Below are positions 25,901 to 37,900 of a stretch of DNA of 64,000 nucleotides, piece after piece. The DNA is from Raja brachyura. Taxonomy: Eukaryota. The notes under the pieces are model-generated. The model did not search any database and was not told the DNA's origin. It worked only from the letters and a program-made list of their open reading frames with translations. The translations under genes and the position numbers were made by a program. The DNA lies in the NCBI GenBank assembly GCA_963514005.1, contig OY740809.1:33418001-33482000 (forward strand). Direction: 5' to 3'. Within the stretch, counting starts at the first letter, position 1; each line of letters begins with the position of its first letter.

Positions 25901-28900
25901 TAATGCATCAACTCTACCGTTGTGCCACTGTGCAGCCTGTGAGATCAGAGATCTTCAGGTTGTTTTCATCTAGAAATTGATGGTCTCATTAGCCTTTGTC
26001 CATAGGCAGACAAAAGAGATGAATTCTAGAGGTGTTATCAGAATGACTGCCTTGACAACAGGATGTCCAAGAACCTTCATAAAATTAAAATTAACAGAAG
26101 TGGGTTGTGTGAAGAGAAACACTATCCACTGGCTGAAGTATCATCTACCTACTGATGCCAAATCAGCCAAGCCCCTGGACATTGCGACAAATGTTTTTTG
26201 AGGGCAGTTCCTGGATACAAGTGTCGTCAGCCACTTTGTCAGCAGCTTTTGTTCCATCATCTATCTTCTATACTATTACTAAAATTAAATTTGCACAAAA
26301 ACGCTACCCTATATCCCTAGGATTTTTTTCGCCACCTTACTCGCCGTCCTCTCATCCAAGAGCACCAAGTTTTGTTCTGATCGGTGAAATAATAGAAAAG
26401 TTATGAAAGTTAAAAAAATCGTGAGATCAGCAGATTGGTCTTCTCGCCTGTCGCACCACGAAGGTAACGCTCCTTCCGGGGGTGAGGAGAAAAAAGCCCC
26501 AGAGGCGGGGCGTGTGTCAGTCAGCCCGGAAGTCGTGAGAGAGTTGAGTCCAGGACTGTGAGTCAATAGCCATGCTGAGTGAACTGTGAGTCTGCAAGCC
26601 TTGAGTGACTGAACTGTGAGTCTACAAGCCATGGCTGAGTCCCGGAGGGTCGCGCTCAGTCCCGGAGGGTCGCGCTCAGTCCCGGAGGGTCGCGCTCAGT
26701 CCCGGAGGGTCGCGCTCAGTCCCGGAGGGTCGCGCTCAGTCCCGGAGGGTCGCGCTCAGTCCCGGAGGGTCGCGCTCAGTCCCGGAGGGTCGCGCTCAGT
26801 CCCGGAGGGTCGCGCTCAGTCCCGGAGGGTCGCGCTCAGTCCCGGAGGGTCGCGCTCAGTCCCGGAGGGTCGCGCTCAGTCCCGGAGGGTCGCGCTCAGT
26901 CCCGGAGGGTCGCGCTCAGTCCCGGAGGGTCGCGCTCAGTCCCGGAGGGTCGCGCTCAGTCCCGGAGGGCCGCGCTCAGTCCCGGAGGGCCGCGCTCAGT
27001 CCCGGAGGGTCGCGCTCAGTCCAGAAGTAGGGCGTGAGTATAATTACGAGTTCTACTGTCATATGTCCCAGATGAGTGTGTGTGTGTGTGAGATGGAGGG
27101 TGTGTGTGTGTGATGGAGGGTGTGTGTGTAATGGAGGGTGTGTGTGTGTGTATGATGGATGAGTCCACCAGCCGTGAGTGACTGAACAGTGATTCCACCA
27201 GCCTTGAGTGAGTGAACTGTGAGTCCACCAGCCTTGAGTGAGTGAACTGTGAGTCCACCAGCCGTGACTGAGTGAACTGTGAGTCCACCAGCCGTGAGTG
27301 AACTACGAGTCCACCAGCCGTGAGTGAACTGCGTCCACCAGCCGCAAGTGACTGAACTGTGAGTCAAGGAATCCATTCGGCCCACAATGTCCATACTAGC
27401 CCTCTGGAAACCAGTCCCTTCTGCCCACAACACTCATATTAGTTGTCCAAAAAGCCCCCCCTACCCCCCCCCCCCCCCCCACCCACTATTGGAATTGGTT
27501 GAGACATGGAATATTGCGTTGGGGGACCAGCCCACCCATGTGAAAATGGGACCCAACAGGTCCCACTTAGTCTGGTTACGATTTTAATGACTTTCCTTGC
27601 ACCACTCTTTACAATCCAATGTTTACTTTGTACATAAATTGTAAAATGCACTTTTCAACAGAAATGTCTTAATTTTGCAAGATGAAAGCAGAAATGTGCT
27701 TTCACCCTTGTTGACCCAGAAATGTGAAGAGAAACTGAAATGGGGCTCATAAAGAGCAAGCTTATTAAATCTCTCCACGTTGTGCTTTATTCATCTATTT
27801 TATCCTCAAAATGACATGAGAAACTAAAGTTTACAATAGGGCAAGAAAATCAAGTTATTTTGAATTATTAGTGTAGATATTTTGCATCCTGCATAATTTT
27901 GAAATTTTAAGTAGGGTAGGAAACTTACTCGAGTTACATTTTAATCATGTCATTGTTGACAACAGATTATACAATTAAAATGTTTATGCTCATCTTGTAT
28001 TTGGTTTCCTGTTTACATTCACTGAGAATCTCTTAATGTGTTTGGACATTTTTGCATTGTTCTGCAATTAGGAAATGGAAATGTACCGAATACTTTGTTA
28101 ATATAATGTTTCATATTACCAGTGAGTGACTTTGATGCATTTCATTACAGCTGCGGTAGTTGTGACTCCAGACAGAAGTCCAAGACCAGTTACCACTTCT
28201 GTGCCAACAATATCTCAGAGTCATTCGGTGGAAGTCAGTAGCCCCCCCACAATTGATACAACAAGAGTGACTGAATCAAATGCAGTTGAGCAGGAAGCAA
28301 AGGGTAAAATAAAACAAGAAGAACGTCTGGTTGACAGAAGATCTGAACCAGCCCAAGAAGTTATGGTATGCCTTGAACACACACACACACACACACGACA
28401 CACGACACACGACACACGACACATTTTGCACTTACACCCAGTCAATTAGCCTACAAATCTATACGTCAAACCGTTTTAGTAATTAAATCGTCCAGAATCT
28501 AGTCCAAGCACAGGTTTCATTATCTGGTACGGTTTAGCAGCTTTCTGCGGTATTTTAACCAATTTGCATTCTAGATGTGTGTTTTTAATTAAGAAAGAAT
28601 AATTCATGTTTTCTTTGCCAAATGAAAGGACTAAAAATGTGAGCTCAATGATCACTTAACAGGTCAACTTTATTATTCTCTTTGCGATATAAACTTGTCA
28701 AGGAAGAATTGAAAGTGCATCCTTAAATTAAACCTAGTAATCTGTTTGAAAATTCCAGGGTTGATTGGGTTAGCATTTGAGAAGCATTTAATAACTCTGG
28801 GCCTGTACTCGCTGCAGTTTGGTGGGGGGGGGGAGATTTCATTGAGACCTATAGAATAATAAAAGCCTAGGTAGAATGGGTGTGGAGCAGATGTTTCCTG

Positions 28901-31900
28901 TAGTGGGAGGGTCTGAGACCAGGGGGGCACAACGTCAGAGTATCCGAAGAAAACACACGAGGTCATAGGGAAAATGTGCAATCTCTGTACAGGCAGCACC
29001 CACAGTCAGGATCAAACCCGGTTCTCCACTGTTGTATGGCCGCAGCTCTATCGCTGCGCCAATGTGCCACCCAGAATGATGAGGAATTTCTTTAGCCAGA
29101 GCTTGGTGAATCTATGGAATTCATTGCCACAGACTACTGTGGTGGCCGTCATTGGCTATTTTGAAAGTGTAGCCCAATTAATTGTTCTCTATTAGTAAGA
29201 GTATAAAAGGTTACGAGGAGAATGGGTTTGAGAGGGAAAAATAAATCCGCCTTGATCAAATGGCGGGGCAGACTCAATGGGCCAAATAACCTAATTCTGT
29301 TCCTTACTTATACGATCAAAATGGTACACAAACCTCCACCAGATTTGTTATGGTTATGTGCAAATATTTTTTTCTAATTATTTATTCATTATGGATATTG
29401 GTAGTTGAGTGTCAAACTGATAACGTGCTTTATCTGTTTGAACATGTACTGCCTTTGATATGGAACAGTAACTGATGAGCGGGAAGAGCCACATTTGCTC
29501 AATGTATTGCTTAATTTTTTTGCTTTTATAAAAGAAACAGCAGATGCTACCTTTTTACTGCAGTGTATTCACAGGAATACATAAGGTTGTTGTTTTGATT
29601 TGTTGAAGTTTATTGATATCGGATGCAGTTGTGTACATCAAGGTTTACAGATATTTATGAAGGATAAGCAGAAGGAACCAATCTGCTGGAGGAACTTGGT
29701 TTGGAGTGGGAGGAGTGAACGCGTTGAGCAGCATCCCTGGAGGGAAATGAACAGTCGACATTTCAGGTCGGAAGCCTTCATCTGGATTGTCCAGATATAG
29801 GGTCCCAATCTGAAAAGCTGACCGCCCACTTCTCTCCATGAATCCTGTTCTACATGCTGAGTTCTTCCTGTAGATGGTTTGTAAAGGGCCTGTCCCACTG
29901 TACGAGTTTACCCAAGAGCTCTCCCGAGTTTTAAGAAAAATCTAACTCGTGGTAAGTATGTAGAATGTGCGTAGCGAGTATGTCGGAGCTCAGGCCGTCT
30001 CTTAGCTGCTCGTAACACTAAGGGCAGGTACTTGGGAAACGCGGTAAGCTCGTGAAGTTTTTTCAACATGTTGAAAAATGTCCACGAGAGCCCCGAGTAC
30101 CTACGAGCGGCTATTACCGCAATTCTCCAAGTTCGAATCAGGGGAAACTCGGGAGAACTCTTGAATTACCTCGTACAGTGGGACAGACCCTTTAACTCTG
30201 ATTCCTGCAGTCTCATGTATGTGCAGAAGTGAATTCATTTCTATTGAAAACTGTCAGTTTAATTTGAAAAATTAGTTGGAACATATCTATTGTCAACAGA
30301 TCAAATTAGATCAATTGAAAATGGAACACTTAACCTGCTAATGAATGAAAGTTTCGAAATGTAAAATTTCACTCAACCCAGATTTGAAACATTTTAATAT
30401 GTAAAATTAGATTCCTGAAAATAAAATTAATTATGAGTATTTCCTTTTTTATTTCTGATGACCTAGGCCCCTGCGCAGCAAACTGAAACCACTCCAATTC
30501 CTACCACAGCAAATGATAAATTACAGGTTTGTTTCTGAATTGGAATGAAAACCAGTTTGAGTATTAGATCATTTTAAAATCTTTGGAAGTCATGAGGACA
30601 TGGCTCACTAAATTTCATCTCTTTCCACAACATTTATACAGCAAAAGCCTGAAGGAGAAGAAGTCGTTAAAATGCGCAAGGTTAGCATTATTGGCGTTTT
30701 TGTAGCTCGGTCTTTGTCCTTGTTTCCACAATTGTTTCCTTTGGTTTATAGCGTTACGTTTGTTCATCAATAATGAATTGCAACATTCTGCTTTTTTCTT
30801 TTTTGATCAAATCTGAGAGTGTTCTTGTGGTTCCATGATCATCCCGTATAGATTCTGCTGCGCTAATGGAAGTTTTTTTGGACACTTTTTATTTGCTACT
30901 TTGCAATGCCACAAGAACAACATTTTAATTTTTGTGCTTTTCTTTTTTCCCTTCTTTCATTTCGCAGAAGAGATCAAAGAAAATTGAGGGTGAAAACATT
31001 TATGTCAGGCATAGCAATTTAATGTTGGAGGTTTGTATGAACTGAAAGCTTGTTACCATCAAGTTGTCTTTAGCCTACAGTTCTGCATTCATTCTTTGGC
31101 TGCTTTAATGCAGTTTTGCATGTGCTGCATGTGAACCAAGACGCATACATTATTATGTTTTTGTTAATAAAAGCCCTATTTCTTTCTTTATAAGCAAGCA
31201 TGGGCATGTTCGTGCTTTTTTTTTTTCTTTAAGCTGCTTGAAATTATGGATGGGAAGTGGTCTATTAAGATGATCCATTTTGTAAGTGTGTAGTTAGATC
31301 AATTGAACAAAAAGATAACTATTTTGGAACCAGTGCAAAGCTGCTCTGGTGATGTTGCATGCAATGTATTTATTTCTGTGACTATAGAAATGAAAGAAAG
31401 ATTCACTGCTCACATTATGGTGATTCTTGAAACCACAATGATGCATTTTGGCTTAAAGACAGTGTTCCATTTGGGTAAATAACATCAGTTACTGAATGAG
31501 CCATCATAGTTCTGGACTTGGTTACTTGGTCCTCCAAAATATTCCAACTGGAATTTAAACTGGAGGTGGTGAAGGGAGGGGACTACTGATCAAGTGACAC
31601 AAATTTGAATCCTACCATTGCAGCTGAGAAATTTATATTCAGGAAATTAATTAATCTAGAATTATTTCTAAAGAAATTAATCTACTGGAATATCATAATG
31701 TCCTTCAGGAAAGGAAATCCGGCATCATTACCCTATTTGGCCTCTATGTAACCCCCAGATCCAGCAGTGCAGTTGACTCAACTACTTCCTCCATACAGGA
31801 GCAATTACGGAAGGATAATAATTGCCAGCATTGTCAGTGGTGTATTTGTTCCCTGAACAAATAAATGAGGAGAAAACATCAGAAGCATAATATTACCTTA

Positions 31901-34900
31901 TCTCCTTTTGAGTTAAAACTATTTTTTGCTAACTACATAAAATGTATGGTATCTACAGAAGACTCACTTATGTTTGACCTGTGCATTTTATTCCATGGTT
32001 GTTGTTCTCCTCTCTTGCCATGTAGAGAACAATAACAGTACAGTTGAACATGAGGCCAAGTTAAATTAATCCTCTCCACCTGCACGTGATCTATATCCTT
32101 TCATTCCGTGCATATCCATGTACCTATCCAAAAGCCTCTTAAATGCCACTATGGTATCTGCCTCCATCGCCACCCCTGGCAGCTCATTCCAGACACCCAT
32201 CACTCTCTGTGTGTAAAAACTAGCCCCCACGCATCTTTAAACTTTGTCCCTCCTTTAAACTTTATCCTTCTCATCTTAAAGCTATGCCATCTAGCCTTTC
32301 ACATCTCCACCTTTGGAAAAAGCTTATGAAGATGATAATTTGAACATTAGATATCTTGAATTTATATGTAAAGAAGAATAATTTGAAATTCTACATCTTT
32401 CAAGTTATTTCCTAGAAATAGTAAATGCTAATGAGACTTTGAGCTTCATATTTCACATCTCATTATAATACAGAAGATGCCATTTGGCTCATTGAGTCTA
32501 CTTTATCCCTCAGAGAAACCAATCAATTCCTCCACATACAAGTATTCTCACAGGGGGGCATTGACACCCCCTCAATTTTTCCACTAGCCACATACACCAG
32601 ACATTTAACCCCCAAACAGCACATCTTTGTGATATGGGAGGAAACGAAAGTAGTGGAGGAAACCCATGAGGTCACAGGCAGAACCAGGCAAACTCCACAC
32701 AAACCACATCAGAGCTCAGAATCAGTCTTGGGTTACCGGAGCTATGAGGAAGCGGTAAGACAGCTGTACCATGTAGGGAGACTGATTATTTTAGAAAATA
32801 GATGAAAAGACATTACCTGTTCTGAAGAGTTGCACAGAAAAGTGTTTTAGTGAGGCAACTAAGATACGGAAAACATGTGTAATCATTGTACAATGGCAAT
32901 GTAGTGTGAGAGAGTTGAAAGAAAATATGCAGAACAGCACCCTCTTTTGTGCACTAAGGTAAATTCCTCAATTATGTGTATTCTTAACTGGTGTATTTTT
33001 CCATCAATAGTATAACAAGGTTTTTGCAAATACCTTTTATATACGTCCTTATAAACATTATTTCTCCTGATTACATTCACTTACATTCAGTAACAATATT
33101 TTTCATTGTATCTCTTTACACGTGACAATAATACCCTGATAATCATTTCCTTGAGCCATTCTCCTGCAGATTGTGCTTTTTAAATGTGTGGAGATAGCTA
33201 CTCTATATTCCACATCAGTGCAGCTATACCTAGATCTCTTTATTTAGTGTTCAGATTGGGCTCTTTGAAGGAGGTATTATGAATAGTGATAAAAGATTGG
33301 AGACCTTTTGATTTTTTTTAAACTTAAAATTGTGCTGAATTCTGTCAATTCACTACAAACTGGGAATAGGAACTGGAATCATGGTGTTTTATTACCTCAT
33401 CAGTTTTTTTTCCATACATTCAGACTTAATCATGAAAGCTGTACTTTCTAAATCTAATCACCTGATTTGCATCTAAGTTCCCATAAGACAAGACTTCTTG
33501 AAGCATTCTGATAAAGACTAGTCGATTCATCATGGATCATTACATTGAAAATGTACACAATAAATAATCTACTCTCATGTCAATTTCAGCATCAACCATA
33601 GAATTCAACCCTAGAATCTACCATAGATCAGCCTTGATTACATTGATTGCCAGTGCTGGCACGAAGGACCAAATGGCCTACTCCTGCACCTATTGTCTAT
33701 AGTCTAATTGGGACTGATTCTGGATCTTGGTATTTAGCAATGTTCCCATTACCTTTGTTTTACTTTTATATGTTAAAATATTACTTTCAGGTCAGGCTTC
33801 CTTTTAAACATTCAGCAGCTTATTTTGGGCTCTCCTCTACATAAAGGGAATCAAGTGATGAAAAGTGCAGAAAAGTCACCGTGAGATGAAAAAATTCAGC
33901 CATGATCTACTTAAAAGTTGGAGGAGGCCTGAAAGGTTCAACAGTCTACTCCCACTTTTGTTTCTTATGTTCTCGCACAAATAGCAGCAAAAATTACGTA
34001 TGGACCAGCAGAATTATGCTTATTGCACAAAAACAGGAGGGTAAAGTTAAAAGATTTGAAAATGATAAAAAAAATTGTACAAAGGATTTGTAAAATAAAA
34101 TGATTTACAATTTCTGGACATATAAAACACAAATGTAATGCTCCTTCTTCACTGTCTCTTTATGCTGCAATGTACTATTTTACCAACTTCCTATCCATAA
34201 GCTTATAAAGAAAAAATAATGTTTTTTGTTGCTTCTGGCATTGTGTGTGTTCCATTTCATCTGTGCCTGTGTTCAAACATTGTGGTAAGTTAGTAGGGCA
34301 GCTGAAAGAAGTAGGATTTGTGGTACAGCTGCGTAATGACCCCACCATACAGCTTGGAAGATTTGTTGCTTTCTCCTTTCCATATTGATTCATTGATTTT
34401 CAGAGTGTTCACTAGTGAGCAGTTTACTTGAAGACTTTGACGTTGTGCGGAGGTATACACTAAAATGGTCAGTCAAATTTTTATTTGCTTTTTGTGACAG
34501 TGGTGGGAGAGGGGGAAGAATTTAAATTCCTTAATACCTCCCCGAGCTAGGAAAATATTCAACCCATGACCCTGACTAGAAAGTGGGTGGATTGGCTGAG
34601 AATAGATTTGGGATCAGTTTAGAATACTCGAGCAAAACACATAGTCTGTCAACAGCCAGTTTTCAACTTCATGCATGAAGATTGACCGATTGGGTAAGAT
34701 ACTAGAGGGTCACCACAAGGCTCAACCTCACTAAAGGGACTATCCTCCTCGGGAAGAAGGAAAAAAGTGGTTAAACATAGAATGCATCTACTATGCTCCA
34801 ATAAAATTCTGCACTAAATTTGAATAACAAAGCTAATGATACAGAAATGTATCTTTAAATTTACTTGTAAAATATCTAATATTTGCTTGCTTTCTCTCAA

Positions 34901-37900
34901 ACATGGCGATTACCAAATTAATTTTATGATGGTCCTTTTAACCAGAATGGCACAGACCTTTTAACTTTTAATAAAAATTAGTGAAATTTAAAATACCATT
35001 CTCCTTTCCTTAATTGTTTTGTAATAGGATCTCGACAAAACCCAGGATGAAATAATGAAACATCATGCTAGTATCAGTGAACTAAAGCGGAACTTTATGG
35101 AGTCTGTACCTGAGCCTCGCCCCAGTGAATGGGATAAACGCCTCTCGGCACACTCGCCTTTCAGGACCATGAATGTCAACGGACCAATTCAAGCCGGCAC
35201 AGAAGAAGTAAGTTTGTAATTGTAATTATTACCCGAGTATGTATGACATTTTGTTCCTTCATTAAAATATAGTTTTCTTGCAATAATACATCGCAGAACC
35301 AGATGCAGAAAACAGCTCTTTCAACTTTTTTTCAATTTCAAATGCCTTGGAAATGTAGGACTCTTTCTGCCAAAAGATCTGGGTGCAGGGTCAATTAAGA
35401 CGGACTATTGAAGTATACAGGTAGTTCTGCTATATCATAGTTGTATTACAAAGAAATCTTGTGTTATAGAAAATTGCATTAGAGTACCAATTGTATCAAT
35501 GGGGGAAAGTGTGGTTAGGGGCTAGAAAGTTTCAGATTCACTGACAACATTTTTTCCTGCATGATTTTCAAAAGTAGAGGGTTTTTTTTAAAGTAGTTAA
35601 GTTTATTTTTGTTGCTATAAGATAAAAATACTAAAGGCTGTGTATTTTACTGTAAAAATACTAAAGGCTGTGTATTACATTGTTAAATGGAGTATCATTG
35701 TATAAGTATCAATAGAAGTGATCGTTGTCAATTTAAATGGCTTCCCCTGGTGAATCTAGTAGCTGTGTTTTTATGAAATGGTGGCGTCTGAATACTGTGG
35801 TGAGATTGTATGTAAAGGTCTTGCAACTCTTTTTTCCATTATGCAGTTTTTCTGCTCATTATGTCCAAAGTAACTTTTAAGTGGTTGTCTAGTTCCCAAT
35901 CAAAATTGCATTATAAACATTTCAGCCCTTGTAATACAAACAGTATTCCCTAATTCATCAATTGCGTTGTGTAAACCCACATTATAGCAGAACTGGATAG
36001 TTGAAAATTGACTTGAGGCAGGTAAATGGAGTTGAAACACCAATCAGTCATGATCTCAGTAAATGGTGCAGTAGGCCAGTGGCTGTGGAGTTCCTGATCC
36101 TATTACACAACAAACCTTTTGCAGAGATTTGTAAAACAAATGGCCTGCATTCTCATAGTTCAGGAGCGAAACAAGAGACAGGCTGAACTTGAGGTGAAAA
36201 CTGCCGGAGTTAGAAAATGAAATAATTTCCACAGCTGCCTCAAGAAGCTCTTATCTAAAGTGCCTGCCACCATAGGTATATTACATTTAATCCGGCCAAA
36301 AAATGTATCCACCTTTCTTACTTGACCAGTTTTAATGTATTTATAATTAAAATACATACAGGCAACACCAGCGTTACAGCTGTTGATCTAATGGAAATTT
36401 GCTTCCCTCAATTTATAAATCACTATCCAAATGTTCCCTCTCTTTGAATTTATGTGGGAGACAAAAAGTAGGTAAATGTAATTTTTTTTTTTTTTTAATT
36501 CTGGTTTCTTGACGCACATGCGGATAACAAGACTTTGATTTTATGGAGAATCACAATATTGATTGTTTTCTAGGAGTGCAACTCTCTCCCCTCTCCCCTC
36601 TCATTAATTAATGTAACGCAGTGGCCACCTGTATTCTCGCAGGTCCTTTAATGGCATGTATACATTTTATATAAATTCTTGAGATGGGCACAAAATGCTG
36701 GTGTGATATAAATTCTTGTTTGATGTATTTTCAAGTTATTTTAAATCAAACTTTGAATTCCAAGAACTTTTCAAATCTTAGTGCTTGTAAGTCAGCATAC
36801 ATTGCATATCTTGTTTTTTAACCTCTCGAGTGAGGGGCCTGCAGTAACAATTGATCTTGTTAAATTGATTCAGATGGGATTAAGATATTACATCAGTGAT
36901 TGATTAGAACTGAGTGGTGCTTGAAAGAATGGATGGTAATAAAAATTGTGGTCCTTATACAATCTTGTTGAATGTTTAACCTTTTAAGATATTCTTTTGT
37001 GTAGTTTGTTCAAAATTTACACCTGTAATATTTACCATGTTTGAAATCTTATCCTTTACTAGTTTGAAATATGCTTTTAATTCGTATACATCTGCTCAGA
37101 AATTGGATTGGTTATTGTTTTATTTTGGCACTGTGATCCAAAGCAAGAGTAAATCATGTTAATGATCGTTTTCAGGTTAAAATTCTGTCAATTGCTAAAT
37201 TGATGTGGGCACTTCCAGTAGCACAACCAATGTTTTCCATTATCAGACGTGCACCAATGATGTGCAGCATATGTTTTAACTGCTTGGAAGCCCCAGGTCC
37301 AGAAATCAACTTTAATTGAATTATCACTAGAGAAAAAGAAATGCAGAGCACAATGTGTTGCGTTCTTCATTTATTTACCATTTAAAGAGTCACTCTGCTG
37401 AGGACAATTTGCAAGGCAACTCCATTACTTGCTGGAGGCAGTCCAAGGTGCTCGTCTGTGTTCGCATAAGGAGATTATTGGAAAAGGTAACTTGTGAGAA
37501 CATTTACGTCTATGATCATCCTATTTGCAGGCAACGCAAGGATCAGACTAGCTGTGGCAGGCAATGTAGGAACCCGACTGACTCTCAGTGAGGGGGTATG
37601 AAAATGCATAATTGTTCAGATGTGTCTTCTGTGCAGCCTTCCTCTTTCCCCTCGGTATCTTATGTGCCAGTCATGCTTGGTTGTCTGGGGATAATGCCTT
37701 TACTGCTGCTGATATTTTCTGAGAGTTTGCAAGGCAAAGTGTTAAATAACGTTACTCCCTTTTGGACCTACTAGTCACAATTGAATGTATGCTGAATCAG
37801 AAACCAGGCCCACACAGTTACACGCTTGTTCTTAACAGATTTTCCATTCTCTTTGTGGGAGGACCTGATTTGGAACTAGAATTTCATGCAGTGATCTTTC

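Larger units (their letters stand above)
26260..27575 (+). mobile_element. Non-autonomous Helitron with internal tandem repeats
   Basis: A|TCTATCTTCTATACTATTACT 5' end; subterminal hairpin TGGGACC-caaca-GGTCCCA (27547-27565), then CTGG|T (CTRR); A/T insertion site; no TSD. Confidence 0.75.

Noticed and set aside
26616-27433. Repetitive ORFs and regularly spaced 20-30 bp repeats resembling a CRISPR array or repeat protein
   Set aside because: The repeats are head-to-tail without unique spacers, there are no cas genes, and the context is a vertebrate intron inside a Helitron-like element.
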